Part shown: positions 10,604 through 20,555 of the stretch, in pieces | How the letters are laid out: every line of letters begins with the position of its first letter | Numbering within the stretch: position 1 is the first letter of the stretch | Source of the DNA: Gemmatimonadota bacterium | GTDB taxonomy: Bacteria > Gemmatimonadota > Gemmatimonadetes > Gemmatimonadales > GWC2-71-9 | Length of the DNA: 64,000 nucleotides | Direction of reading: 5' to 3' | Assembly: GCA_039656555.1 (NCBI GenBank) | Contig: JBDHLU010000002.1 | Location: 658 to 64,657 of the forward strand | The notes under the pieces: generated by a model | Database searches by the model: none | The model's input: only the letters and a program-made list of their open reading frames with translations | What the model was told of the DNA's origin: nothing | Program-made: the position numbers and the translations under genes

Positions 10604-10673
10604 AGACGGGATCGGGCCCAGCAATTGGCAGAAAGGGCGAGAGTACCTAGATTGGCGAGCCCAGACATCGATC

Positions 10674-11228
10674 ATGGCAATCCGTCCAATTCAGCTCCTC
10701 GGATCGCCCGCCTTGCGGGCGCAATGCGAACCGGTATCCAACGTGCGGTCGCCCGCGGTTCGCGTGGTAGTAGATGACTTGCAGGAAACCTTTCGTGATC
10801 TGCGTTCGCGTTACGATTACGGCCGCGGGCTTTCCGCCCCACAGATTGGGGCGCCAATACGCATCCTCTACATCGAGGTCGACGAGCCGTTGCTCTTGAT
10901 CAACCCGTCGATCGTGGATATTGGGAAACGGGACCTGCATGTCTGGGACGACTGTTTTTCGATTCCGGACCTCTTGGTCCGCGTCCAACGGGCAAACCGC
11001 ATCCAGCTCGAATACGAAGATCTTTCCGGGAAACCGCGGCAACTCGAAGCCGACGGGTCCCTCGCTGAACTGCTCCAACACGAGATCGAACACCTCGACG
11101 GTGTGTTGATCGTCGATCACCCCGTCGGGCTGGATCCGTTTTGTATTCGCGAGGAATGGAACAAGCACTATGCGGAAACGGGCAAATACTCCGAGCCCTT
11201 TGAGCGAGACGCGGGCCCCATTCTGTAG
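10674..11228 (+). CDS. def: Peptide deformylase
   Basis: Motif 1 GLSAPQIG, motif 2 DDCFS (the Cys ligand of EGCLS is retained), motif 3 QHEIEHLDG (HExxH). Confidence 0.85.
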   Translation: MAIRPIQLLGSPALRAQCEPVSNVRSPAVRVVVDDLQETFRDLRSRYDYGRGLSAPQIGAPIRILYIEVDEPLLLINPSIVDIGKRDLHVWDDCFSIPDLLVRVQRANRIQLEYEDLSGKPRQLEADGSLAELLQHEIEHLDGVLIVDHPVGLDPFCIREEWNKHYAETGKYSEPFERDAGPIL

Positions 11229-11246
11229 GCAGCCGTTCAGTCTTAA

Positions 11247-12152
11247 TTAGGCAAGCGCCTCGAGAAACTCCCCAACGACACGGCCCGTTGCGATCGGCTG
11301 CTCGACCGGCGTGAGATGCCCAGCGTCGGGAATCACGGCGTAGTGCGCGCCTGGAATGGCCTCGGCCATATGCTTGGACTCGGAAGCCGGGATGATGGCG
11401 TCTTCTCGCCCACTCACCACCAGCGTCGGCACCTGAATGTCCGAGAGCAACGCCGCCGAATCTGGCCGGTCCCGCATCGCCACAAGAGCTGCCACCACAC
11501 CTGGAATCGAGGCGCTATTGATCATCTTTCGTACCAGGTCGACGACCTGTGGTTGGGTCGATTGCAAGTCGGGAGCCAACATCTTCGGAAGCAAAACGCC
11601 CGCGAGTGCTTCGAGCCCATCGTTTTCAACCAACCGCGCCATCGCATTGCGACCCTGTCGGGCTGCATCATCATCAGACGCCGCTCGGGTATTGGCGAGG
11701 ACCAACGCTCGGACTCGCCCGGGAAACCGGCGAACCAGATCGAACGCGATGTACCCACCCATAGAAAGGCCACAGATCACGGCGCGCTCGTGGCCCATCT
11801 GGTTCAGCAAATCCACCAAGTCATCCACGTATGCAGCAATCGTCGGCGGGTCGGGTGGGGCCTCGTTCATGCCGAAACCACGGAGGTCCGGCGCGATGCG
11901 TTTCCAGCCGGTCATGGAAGACATCAATCGGCGCCACATGGTACGGTCCAGGGGAAAACCGTGAATGAACAGGATCGGAGGTCCGTCTCCCTGAACATCG
12001 ACGGGGGTCGGCAGATCCCGAACGGTGACTTGGATGGACGGAATTGGGCTCACCGGGTTTCCACTGCTCGAAAGGGCGCTAAAGTTATAGTGGAGTTCCA
12101 AATATTGACCATCGGGTGGCGAAGCAACCCAATCCAACGGTCTTTTGCACAA
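11247..12152 (-). CDS. Alpha/beta-fold hydrolase
   Basis: PILFIHGFPLD, nucleophile elbow GLSMGGYIA and a C-terminal PDAGH. Start is uncertain; the in-frame GTG at 12053 gives a more typical length. Confidence 0.8.
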   Translation of the reverse strand: MCKRPLDWVASPPDGQYLELHYNFSALSSSGNPVSPIPSIQVTVRDLPTPVDVQGDGPPILFIHGFPLDRTMWRRLMSSMTGWKRIAPDLRGFGMNEAPPDPPTIAAYVDDLVDLLNQMGHERAVICGLSMGGYIAFDLVRRFPGRVRALVLANTRAASDDDAARQGRNAMARLVENDGLEALAGVLLPKMLAPDLQSTQPQVVDLVRKMINSASIPGVVAALVAMRDRPDSAALLSDIQVPTLVVSGREDAIIPASESKHMAEAIPGAHYAVIPDAGHLTPVEQPIATGRVVGEFLEALA

Positions 12153-12281
12153 ACAATAATGTCGTGATACTGTTGCGTAACTGTATCGACGATATCGTTA
12201 GGTGTTACACTACAACCTGTTGTCAGTAAGGAGTTTACCTTTGTTTTCCACAGGCATAGTACTCCTTGTAGAAAAACCAAA

Positions 12282-13433
12282 GTGCCCGCAATAGGTCCCG
12301 AACTCATCTCATCCGACGCAGCGCTGGAACAGGCAGCTAAGCGCTTGGCGACTGCGGGAAGCCTGGCATTCGACACCGAAGCCGCGTCGTTCCACCGATA
12401 CGTCGACCGCGTGTACCTCGTCCAAATCAGTTCGTCATTGGAGACCGTTTTGGTGGACCCTCTGGCGGTTTCCGACATGACACCTTTTGGTCGCCTGCTC
12501 GAGGACCCAGGCATCGAGGCGGTGTTCCACGACGCAGACTACGATCTCCGGACGTTGGACCGGGACTACGGATTTCGTGCTACCAGGCTCTTCGACACCC
12601 GTGTTGCAGCTCAACTAGCAGACGAGGAAGGCGTGGGCCTAGCGGCACTATTGGATAAGCACTTCGGTGTGACGCTCAACAAGAAGTACCAAAGAGCTGA
12701 CTGGTCCCTGCGCCCGCTTACAGATGAGATGATTGCCTATGCGGCATCCGATACCATGTACCTCATCCGACTCAAGAACGCACTCACAACCAAGCTCGAG
12801 AACCTTGGACGTTTTGGGTGGGCTGCTGAAGAATTTGCCCGTCTCGAGCACGTGCGCTGGACGGCGTCCGTTAACGACGAGGCCTTCCTTCGTATCAAGG
12901 GAGCGAGAGTTCTCACGCCTCGTCAGCGGGCGATATTACGAGAGGTACATCAGTGGCGTGACCGGACGGCCCGCGCCCTGGACCGAGCCCCATTTCGAGT
13001 GGTCACCAACGATGTGCTATTGGCAATCGCCAAAGCAAGCCCGTCCGACGCCAGCCAACTCTCGAGCTTCAAGGGCTTTCCACGCTCCGGTGGAGCCCGA
13101 GGTTGGATCTCGGAGATTCTCGCTGCGGTTCGACGGGGAACCGACCTCCCAGCCGAGCAACTCCCGCAAACCAAGAAAAGACAACGCCGGGAACGCGATC
13201 CGGCGTACGAACAGCGGTTGGATCAACTTAAGGAGCTTCGGAATCGCCGGGCGGCTGAGACGGGCATCGACCCAGGTCTCCTATGCCCCAACGGCACGCT
13301 CCAAGCTATCGCGCGTGAGTCCGCAGATGGCCCAGCTGTCCTTGAGAAACTACCCGAACTTCGGATGTGGCAGAGGGAGGTTCTTGGCGACGACGACCTG
13401 GCAGCGGCGACACACCTGCCTTCAAAACCCTAG
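12282..13433 (+). CDS. rnd: Ribonuclease D (DEDD 3'-5' exonuclease with HRDC region)
   Basis: LAFDTEAAS, HDADYDL and YAASDTMYL exonuclease motifs, followed by an HRDC-like C-terminal half. Confidence 0.85.
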   Translation: MPAIGPELISSDAALEQAAKRLATAGSLAFDTEAASFHRYVDRVYLVQISSSLETVLVDPLAVSDMTPFGRLLEDPGIEAVFHDADYDLRTLDRDYGFRATRLFDTRVAAQLADEEGVGLAALLDKHFGVTLNKKYQRADWSLRPLTDEMIAYAASDTMYLIRLKNALTTKLENLGRFGWAAEEFARLEHVRWTASVNDEAFLRIKGARVLTPRQRAILREVHQWRDRTARALDRAPFRVVTNDVLLAIAKASPSDASQLSSFKGFPRSGGARGWISEILAAVRRGTDLPAEQLPQTKKRQRRERDPAYEQRLDQLKELRNRRAAETGIDPGLLCPNGTLQAIARESADGPAVLEKLPELRMWQREVLGDDDLAAATHLPSKP

Positions 13434-13754
13434 GAACGCGCGGACCTTCGGGTCGATCCGTTCTGGGCTCCAATAGGGCTCCCACACCAGTTCGATCGTA
13501 ACGTCTTCGACGCCCTCCAGATCTTCTACCACCTGTTTCGATTCACCCAGAATCTGCGGCCCGACCGGGCAACCAGGCGACGTGAGGGTCATCTGCACGT
13601 TCACAGACTGGGCAGCAACCTCGATCTCGTACACGAGACCAAGGTCAACTATGTTCATGCCGACTTCAGGGTCTTTGACCTTGCGCAGCGCGTCTCGAAC
13701 AGCCTCGTCGTTCAGCGGCCCGTCTTCAGCCGGGCTGTTGTCAGAATCCACCAT
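13422..13754 (-). CDS. DUF59/SufT-type Fe-S assembly protein
   Basis: Trimmed to ATG 13754. Contains VRDALRKVKDPEVGMNIVDLGLVY...MTLTSPGCPV. Its 3' end overlaps the rnd 3' end by 12 nt (convergent). Confidence 0.8.
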   Translation of the reverse strand: MVDSDNSPAEDGPLNDEAVRDALRKVKDPEVGMNIVDLGLVYEIEVAAQSVNVQMTLTSPGCPVGPQILGESKQVVEDLEGVEDVTIELVWEPYWSPERIDPKVRAFLGF

Positions 13755-13779
13755 ACCACAACATAGCCTCAATTACTTG

Positions 13780-14163
13780 TCAATCCGAAACTGGGCCCCA
13801 ACGCCTAGCCACGTATTCGTACACACGCTCCGCAACCGGCATGACGCCCGGGACAACTCCAAACGCTCTCACCAACCAACCGCCCGGCACGTACCGAAAG
13901 AACTCTCTGGTGGCGGCCGCCCCAGCAAACACGGCACCATCCGGCCGGACGAGATGTACAGCCCTCCGCAATGCTTCCACAGACCTGCCGGCCACGACTG
14001 CCGCACCTTCGTCTTGAAACGACATCATCTTCACCGCTTGGTGCCGATCCAAGATCCGGGCGCGCTCCACCCACCTCCGGCAGAACCCACACCCACCATC
14101 GTAGATCAAGGTCGGCTGCTCTGGTGGACACGTGGACTCGGCAACGCGACCGGCGCTCAGCAT
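13780..14163 (-). CDS. DCC-family thiol-disulfide oxidoreductase (DUF393)
   Basis: Trimmed to ATG 14163 (MLSAGRV...). Has the LIYDGGCGFCRRWV C-x-x-C motif. The start overlaps the stop of the upstream hydrolase. Confidence 0.75.
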   Translation of the reverse strand: MLSAGRVAESTCPPEQPTLIYDGGCGFCRRWVERARILDRHQAVKMMSFQDEGAAVVAGRSVEALRRAVHLVRPDGAVFAGAAATREFFRYVPGGWLVRAFGVVPGVMPVAERVYEYVARRWGPVSD

Positions 14164-15269
14164 GACGGGTTGGCCACACACACTTCGCGGCGCAAGGCAA
14201 CAGCGGCATCGGCTACCTCGCCGCGAACGCGCTTGAGCGTCGTGATCGACCGGCCTCTCGGCGCAAACACGCGATTGGTGAGGAGAATAACAAACAGATC
14301 TTGGATAGGGTCGATCCAGATCGACGTGCCAGTGTACCCGGTATGTCCGAAGGTCGCCGGCGACATGTTGGTTCCGGTATTGTCGCTTTCCGTCGTGTCC
14401 CGCATCTCCCAACCGAGCGCCCGATTGCCCGGACCTCGCCGCGTGAAGTGGTCGACCATACCGGGTCGGAACACGGCGGTGCGACCAACCGTCCCGTGCC
14501 CCAACCACATCCGGGCATAAACGGCCAAGTCGGCCCCCGTGCTGTAGAGCCCAGCGTGCCCAGACACGCCTCCAAGACGGACGGCGTTCTGATCATGGAG
14601 TTCACCGGCGATCACATACCCACGCCAAAGCCCGACCGGCGCCATACGTGAACGAACCGATTTTTGAGGACGGTATTGTGTCGACATCATTCCCAAGCGG
14701 TCAAACAAGGCAGCGGCGATAACATCGAGCGGCTCACCACCTACGGCCTCGACAATCCATCCGAGGAGCATCGCATTCAGATCGCTGTATACGACTCCTC
14801 CACCCGGATCCCAACGAAGCGGCTCGGACAGCACACGGGCCCTGGCTTCCTCGGCCGTTTCCGTCTCGGTGTTGAGCGGCAGGAACGCTCTCAAGCCCGA
14901 ACGATGCTCGAGCAGATGCCGGACGGTCACGGCATCCTTGCCCTCGCCCACAAAGCTGGGGAGGTGTTGAACAACCGGGCTGTTCAGGTCGAGCTGGCCT
15001 TGCTCGATCAAACGCATGATCGACGGTGTCGTCGCCACCACTTTGGTCAGCGACGCAAGGTCGAAGAGTGTCGAATCGGGATCTGGTACCGGGCTGTCGG
15101 CGTCCCACGTGAAATGCCCTATTCCCTTGGCGTACAACACCCCGCGCGTGGTACCTATGACCACCACTGCGCCTGGAAACGAACCGCCATCGATGCCACC
15201 CTGTACTGCGGCATCCACCTGTGGCGCGGCGGCAATCTGAACGGTGAGGAATAGGGACGACAGGAGCAC
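14157..15269 (-). CDS. Beta-lactamase-family serine hydrolase (secreted)
   Basis: Signal peptide, S-x-x-K motif in ASLTKVVA, and HTGYTGTSIWIDP near the C-terminus. Confidence 0.85.
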   Translation of the reverse strand: MLLSSLFLTVQIAAAPQVDAAVQGGIDGGSFPGAVVVIGTTRGVLYAKGIGHFTWDADSPVPDPDSTLFDLASLTKVVATTPSIMRLIEQGQLDLNSPVVQHLPSFVGEGKDAVTVRHLLEHRSGLRAFLPLNTETETAEEARARVLSEPLRWDPGGGVVYSDLNAMLLGWIVEAVGGEPLDVIAAALFDRLGMMSTQYRPQKSVRSRMAPVGLWRGYVIAGELHDQNAVRLGGVSGHAGLYSTGADLAVYARMWLGHGTVGRTAVFRPGMVDHFTRRGPGNRALGWEMRDTTESDNTGTNMSPATFGHTGYTGTSIWIDPIQDLFVILLTNRVFAPRGRSITTLKRVRGEVADAAVALRREVCVANPSC

Positions 15270-15285
15270 AGGGAACCTCTACGGG

Positions 15286-16740
15286 ATGTCATATTGTACT
15301 GTGACCCGGCCCTTCACTACAACGCTACTCGTACTCGCCACCGCTTGGGCGAGTCCTGTCCACGCGCAGGAAAACCGGGCGGTCGAGATCGATACCGCCA
15401 CGATGGCGTTGGACGCACGGCGACTCGCCGACGACTCGCTGATGGGTCGTCTTGCCGGATCGGAGGGTGCTGAGGCGGCCGCTCGCTACATCGCGGATCG
15501 TTGCGCCGAGCTGGGGTTGGCACCGGTAAGTGGGACGTACCTTCATCCTATCCCCATCCGCCGTTCAGCCATAGGGCCGCAGACCCGACTCACCGTAAGG
15601 CGTGGGTCAGTGCAGTCGTTTACCGCTCCGGGTGATGTGGTCCCGGACCGTGGTTCCTCAGATGCTCTGAGAGGCTTCACAGGGATCGCCGCCTACGTAG
15701 GTACCAGTCAATCCATCACCGCGGGTCGTTTGGGAGGCTTCGAGATTCACGAACGCGTTGCCGTTTCGGCTGGTTTGTTGTCTTCGGACGCCAAGGACAC
15801 CTTGTTACGTCGCGGAGCGACCGGGGTCGTGCAGCTTGCAGGGAGCCCGGATGCGTTCGACCGGTTTCGCGACCGAATCGGACCCGACCGCTACCATCTC
15901 CCCAATTCGATTGCGTCGTCCTTTTTCTCTCCCTTACCGTCCGTGGTGGCCGGCAACCAAGTGGCTGGAGCGCTGATTGCTAACACACCAATTGCCACTG
16001 GCGACATTGTGACGCCACGTCAACTGGGGTCCTCGCTTCGCTACGATCCGCAACTCGTCGAACATGCCACTCGGACACACAACGTCGCGTGCTCACTCGC
16101 AGGATTGACCCGGCGCACCATCATCGTTGGAGCACACTACGACCATCTGGGTGTCGGTGCCCCGGACGCCGATGGCGATACCATCTACAATGGATTCTCC
16201 GACAATGCGGCGGGTGTGGCAATGTTGCTGGCAATGGCAGCTGCGCTCTCCAAAGAGGTCCTCTCACACACCGTCATGTTTCTGTTCTTCGACGGTGAAG
16301 AACTCGGCTTGCTGGGCGCCGATGCCTACGTTCACTCCCCTTTGGTGCCTCTGGTCGAGACGGAAGCCGTGATCGTTCTGGATGCCGGTGCCCCTCCCGG
16401 GCTACCGACGTCATGGGAACTCGCCGCTACTACCGGGCTGGGCAAAGTTGCATCTGAGGTGGCGAAAGCGCGGGGATGGAACACCCGGGTTTCTCGAGCC
16501 CGTCCCAACTCAGATTACTACCCGTTTACGCTCGCCGGCGTAGAGGGCATGCTCATCATTCCGGGCCCTGATCCATATGAGGGGCTCACGGAAGGAGAGA
16601 CGCGGCTGCTCCAGGCAAGGTGGAATCACTACCACCAACCAGGTGACGAGTGGAGTGCCGACTATCCGATGAGTGGCTTGGCGCGGTACGCCGCATACGC
16701 AGTATCGATCGTGCGGCGCCTAGACGAACCGGCGCGCTAG
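15286..16740 (+). CDS. M28-family zinc aminopeptidase (secreted)
   Basis: Signal peptide from ATG 15286 (track start is 15244). Ligand blocks GAHYDHLG, FSDNAAGVA and FFDGEELGLLGA. Confidence 0.8.
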   Translation: MSYCTVTRPFTTTLLVLATAWASPVHAQENRAVEIDTATMALDARRLADDSLMGRLAGSEGAEAAARYIADRCAELGLAPVSGTYLHPIPIRRSAIGPQTRLTVRRGSVQSFTAPGDVVPDRGSSDALRGFTGIAAYVGTSQSITAGRLGGFEIHERVAVSAGLLSSDAKDTLLRRGATGVVQLAGSPDAFDRFRDRIGPDRYHLPNSIASSFFSPLPSVVAGNQVAGALIANTPIATGDIVTPRQLGSSLRYDPQLVEHATRTHNVACSLAGLTRRTIIVGAHYDHLGVGAPDADGDTIYNGFSDNAAGVAMLLAMAAALSKEVLSHTVMFLFFDGEELGLLGADAYVHSPLVPLVETEAVIVLDAGAPPGLPTSWELAATTGLGKVASEVAKARGWNTRVSRARPNSDYYPFTLAGVEGMLIIPGPDPYEGLTEGETRLLQARWNHYHQPGDEWSADYPMSGLARYAAYAVSIVRRLDEPAR

Positions 16741-16741
16741 G

Positions 16742-17497
16742 TTACTGCCCCATTGGGTCGCGTAGCGATCCGGGATCTAGCGAATACAACAGGGCGGCCG
16801 TTCGTAAATCTCGCCGAGTCATGTCGTGCACGCCCGGCGTCGGAAACATGAGATCACCTAGGTCGTCTGAATGCCCCAACCCCAAGAGATGACCGATCTC
16901 GTGCAGCGCGACGGTGTAGACCTCATCGGTCGACAGAACGGTCTGCTGTTGGGATCGCGTAGCCAGGGTCAACGCCCCACCTCGAATCCACCCATGCAGG
17001 TCCCATTCGACGTTCGCTTGTCCCGTCCGATCCCCACCGAGCCGCTCCAACCATTCGACCACGACCTCCGCGTCAGCCGAATCCGGCACGAACGCAAATT
17101 GGACGGGTACCTCGCGCGTGCGTTCCCACCGCTCAAAGGCTTGAACAACGGCGCCCTTGAAGGCCTCCTGGTACCCCGAAGTGGTGGCATTCCGTGGGAT
17201 GTAGACGGCCACCGGACGGTCACGACGATCCGGCCAGCGGCGCAGCATCGAATCTCTCTGCACCGCGTTAGGAAGGTAGGTTTCCCCTTGGCCTATGGCC
17301 GCCCGCTTGCGTTCCCGAAGGGCACGAACACTGTCGAGGGCCAGGCCTCCCGCCTCGACATCAGCATCGCCCATCTGACTATCGGAGGTCCTGGTGGGGT
17401 CGTGGTTTAGCGCCATGGCCACCACGATCGTGCTGGCTGCTATGAGGACAACGGACATTCTGTTCACCCTGCGAATATGGGGATCCACGGGTGGCAT
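16742..17497 (-). CDS. Matrixin (M10)-like zinc metalloprotease
   Basis: HEIGHLLGLGHS zincin motif with a downstream Met-turn (DLMFP). N-terminal signal or anchor. An alternative ATG lies at 17458. Confidence 0.8.
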   Translation of the reverse strand: MPPVDPHIRRVNRMSVVLIAASTIVVAMALNHDPTRTSDSQMGDADVEAGGLALDSVRALRERKRAAIGQGETYLPNAVQRDSMLRRWPDRRDRPVAVYIPRNATTSGYQEAFKGAVVQAFERWERTREVPVQFAFVPDSADAEVVVEWLERLGGDRTGQANVEWDLHGWIRGGALTLATRSQQQTVLSTDEVYTVALHEIGHLLGLGHSDDLGDLMFPTPGVHDMTRRDLRTAALLYSLDPGSLRDPMGQ

Positions 17498-17606
17498 TGG
17501 AAAGGCATGGCCTCTATCATTCGGGCCTTTCGAGCCCCATACCTAGGAATGGCAGCGAGTTTCCGCGTCGTGAGGAGTAAGACCACCGGCTAGACCCCGG
17601 CCCACC

Positions 17607-19985
17607 ATGGCATTCAGGCCCGCACACCTCATCATTCGATACCGCTGGACCGTCCTGGCGCTGTGGACCTTGCTCACGGTGCTAGCGGTACCGCGAGCTG
17701 CCGTGGTCCACGAGGTGTTGAGCGTGGAAGGGGCGATGATTCCGGACTCGGATTCGGAGCGGGCGGTACAAACCATCCGGCAGGCGTTCTCCCTGCCGGT
17801 CGCCGATTTCTTTGCCGTTACCGTCACAGGCCCCGTTGCAATCGACAGTGCGCAGTATCTCGCGCTTCTCGACTCCTTGAGCCGGCGGGCGACGAACGAG
17901 CCGTACATCAGTCACGTCATTTCTTATCTCGACACCCCGGACTCAACGTTCGTGAGTCCCGACCGAAAAACCACGTTCCTGATCGCCGCCCTGCGCACCG
18001 ATAACACGCTGTCCAACACTGACTATGTGCCGGCGTTTCGCGAATCTATGCACGGCACGATCGACCGCATCTCCTGGGGAGCGGACTACCGGGCCAACGT
18101 GACCGGTGCGCCGGCGTTGGACTATGACGTCCGCCAAGTGAGCAAAGAAGATACGGACAGAGGAGAACGTCGCTCCCTGCCGTTCACCGCTGTCATCCTC
18201 GTGATGGCGTTCGGCGCTTTCGTGGCGGCGCTCTTGCCGTTGGGCATCGGCATCATCGCGATCGTCATCTCGTTGGCGCTCGTACACATCGTGGCGGGAT
18301 TCCTACCGATGTCGGTATTCGTACTCACCATTGTATCGATGGTGGGGCTGGGCGTTGGCATCGATTACTCGCTGCTCGTGGTCACACGGTTTCGCGAGGA
18401 GTTGAACCGCGGACACAGCCCGCGTCAGGCAGCGATACGGGCCAGCGAGACGGCGGGGCGCGCTGTGGTAACGAGCGGATTGACTGTGGTGGTCGGGTTT
18501 GCCTCACTGCTCATCACTCCGCTCACTGAGATCCGTTCGGTTGGAGTGGGCGGCCTGATAGTCGTCGCGTCAGCGGTGTTGCTGTCGGTGACGCTCCTTC
18601 CCGCAACCCTTTCGATCTTGGGGCGAGCTATCGACTGGCCTCGTTGGTTGGCCAAACGGCTTTCGTGGTATCACGCTCCTACGGGGTGGGAAAGGTGGGC
18701 ACGTTGGCTAGGACACCATCCGTGGCGAGCCATCACCATGGGATTGCTCGCTGTCGCGGTCATATCATACCCCCTAACCCAGATCAAAATCGGACTCCCA
18801 AGGGCCGGTTGGTTCCCCTCCGGCACCGAGTCGAACGCCGGTGTGGAAGACCTCGAACGCATCGGGGCGCAGGGAGTGCTTCAACCTGTACGCGTGGTCG
18901 TGCAGGCGCCCGAGGGTCAGCGAATTGTCTCGTCGCGCTACCTACGAGGTCTGCGGCGCCTTTCCGATTCGGTGCGGGCGGATCCCCGGGTTGCCAACGT
19001 CCGAAGTGTGGTGGACGTCCAACCAGGCATGTCAGCACTGCGGTACACGATGCTGTATTCGAACCTGGAATCAGCGCGGGCGCGCGCTCCGGAGTTCTAC
19101 GCAGCATACCTCTCGGAGGACGCCCGGACGACGCTCTTTGATGTCCTCCTTTCGGACACCACGAGCATAACGAGTTCGATGGACGTCGTTCGACGCATCC
19201 GGGCGATCACGGATTCTGGCATCCAGGGGTTGGATTCGACGTCGGTGGTCGTGGGTGGATTCCACGCGTCAGGGGTGGACCTCCAAGACAAACTGCTCGC
19301 GCAATTCCCCACGGTGATCCTGCTCATCTTGATTAGCACTGCCATCATGTTGGCCATCGCGTTCCGGTCGGTGCTCGTTCCCTTGAAGGCCATCGTCATG
19401 AACGGGCTGTCGGTTGCGGCCACCTTCGGGGTTGTAGTCCTGGTCTTTCAACAGGGTGTCGGAAGCTCGGTTTTCGGGTTGGATGGTCCGACGGAAGCGG
19501 TATTCGTCGTGGTACCGGTGCTGGTGTTCGCCGTGGTCTTTGGGTTGAGCATGGACTATGAGGTGTTCTTGTTGTCGCGTATCAAGGAATCGTTCGTGCG
19601 AACGGGGCGAAACGATCAAGCGACCATGGAGGGTCTCACGGCCACGGCGTCGGTAATCACGAGCGCAGCCGCAATCATGGTAATCGTTTTCGGAACGTTC
19701 GCATTCTCGCGAGTCTTGGCAGCTCAGATGCTCGGGTTTGGCCTTGCCGTAGCCGTTCTGCTGGATGCCACGCTCATTCGGATGGTGATCGTACCGGCGT
19801 TCATGCATGTGGCAGGGCGGTGGAACTGGTGGCCGGGGATCCGATCGGTCCCGCCGCGGCACGGATCGAATCCGTCGGTCAGCGCTCCTCGCGGGAGTCC
19901 GCCATACGTATCGCCAGGGTCAGTCGATCGCCTTTCAGATCCCAGTGCCAAGCAGGCTCGGGCCGACCAGTCTCGGGATGCTTGA
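17607..19985 (+). CDS. MMPL/RND-superfamily membrane transporter
   Basis: Two repeated halves, each with a large loop plus TM bundle. Duplicated motifs GIDYSLLVVTRFREEL and GLSMDYEVFLLSRIKE. The C-terminal roughly 35 codons are codon-poor and overlap a convergent ORF. Confidence 0.85.
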   Translation: MAFRPAHLIIRYRWTVLALWTLLTVLAVPRAAVVHEVLSVEGAMIPDSDSERAVQTIRQAFSLPVADFFAVTVTGPVAIDSAQYLALLDSLSRRATNEPYISHVISYLDTPDSTFVSPDRKTTFLIAALRTDNTLSNTDYVPAFRESMHGTIDRISWGADYRANVTGAPALDYDVRQVSKEDTDRGERRSLPFTAVILVMAFGAFVAALLPLGIGIIAIVISLALVHIVAGFLPMSVFVLTIVSMVGLGVGIDYSLLVVTRFREELNRGHSPRQAAIRASETAGRAVVTSGLTVVVGFASLLITPLTEIRSVGVGGLIVVASAVLLSVTLLPATLSILGRAIDWPRWLAKRLSWYHAPTGWERWARWLGHHPWRAITMGLLAVAVISYPLTQIKIGLPRAGWFPSGTESNAGVEDLERIGAQGVLQPVRVVVQAPEGQRIVSSRYLRGLRRLSDSVRADPRVANVRSVVDVQPGMSALRYTMLYSNLESARARAPEFYAAYLSEDARTTLFDVLLSDTTSITSSMDVVRRIRAITDSGIQGLDSTSVVVGGFHASGVDLQDKLLAQFPTVILLILISTAIMLAIAFRSVLVPLKAIVMNGLSVAATFGVVVLVFQQGVGSSVFGLDGPTEAVFVVVPVLVFAVVFGLSMDYEVFLLSRIKESFVRTGRNDQATMEGLTATASVITSAAAIMVIVFGTFAFSRVLAAQMLGFGLAVAVLLDATLIRMVIVPAFMHVAGRWNWWPGIRSVPPRHGSNPSVSAPRGSPPYVSPGSVDRLSDPSAKQARADQSRDA

Positions 19986-20178
19986 TCGGACGGTACTGTA
20001 ACCGGCGTTCCGGCATATCCAACGCTTCCCCTGCAACCAACAACAAAGCACGATCTGCCGACACGAGATGGGCCCACCGTTCCCTGCGCAAGTCGAATTG
20101 GTGAAGCCATAACCCGCCGTTCAGTGCGTGGACCACGCCGTGGCGCCACAGGCGAAACTCTCGCCAGGCTACCCGCAA
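19879..20178 (-). CDS. Hypothetical protein (99 aa, TTG start)
   Basis: Starts 10 nt inside the end of the pilin-like gene (same strand). Third-position G/C looks better by eye than in the overlapping MMPL tail. I recognise no motif. Confidence 0.4.
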   Translation of the reverse strand: MRVAWREFRLWRHGVVHALNGGLWLHQFDLRRERWAHLVSADRALLLVAGEALDMPERRLQYRPIKHPETGRPEPAWHWDLKGDRLTLAIRMADSREER

Positions 20179-20555
20179 TTAACCACGCCGGGGTTTACCG
20201 CCACACCCACTGGCGACGCCCCTGGAATGAACATGTAGCAGAGTTCGGACGTCCCGGTGTGGCTAGCGGTGGCGGCCCAGCCGGAGATTGTCGCCTCGTT
20301 GATCACGATGCTGGACCCCTCGCTTGTCTGAAAACCGCGCACGCTCAAGCTCGCCACATCCGCCGAGTAAATGTCGTAGTCGTAGTAGAAGGATTCTTGG
20401 GATATCGCGAAGTTCCGAAGGTCTGATCGAAGCGCCGTAAGGTACGCTCGCGACCGCACGGACCCTACCTGAATCATGACGATCATCGCCAACAAACCCA
20501 TGACGGTGAACACCATCAGCATTTCGATGAACGAAAATCCGTTACGCTTTCGCAT
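20169..20555 (-). CDS. Prepilin-type N-terminal cleavage/methylation domain protein (type IV pilin / pseudopilin-like)
   Basis: Class III signal MRKRNG|FSFIEML (Gly-1, Phe+1, Glu+5) followed by a hydrophobic helix. ATG 20555 overlaps the last 14 nt of polA. Confidence 0.8.
   Translation of the reverse strand: MRKRNGFSFIEMLMVFTVMGLLAMIVMIQVGSVRSRAYLTALRSDLRNFAISQESFYYDYDIYSADVASLSVRGFQTSEGSSIVINEATISGWAATASHTGTSELCYMFIPGASPVGVAVNPGVVNCG

Noticed and set aside
12189-12198. 10-bp perfect palindrome ACGATATCGT in the hydrolase/rnd divergent spacer
   Set aside because: It is short, single-copy, and has no adjacent regulator gene to link it to. It may be chance in an AT-rich spacer.
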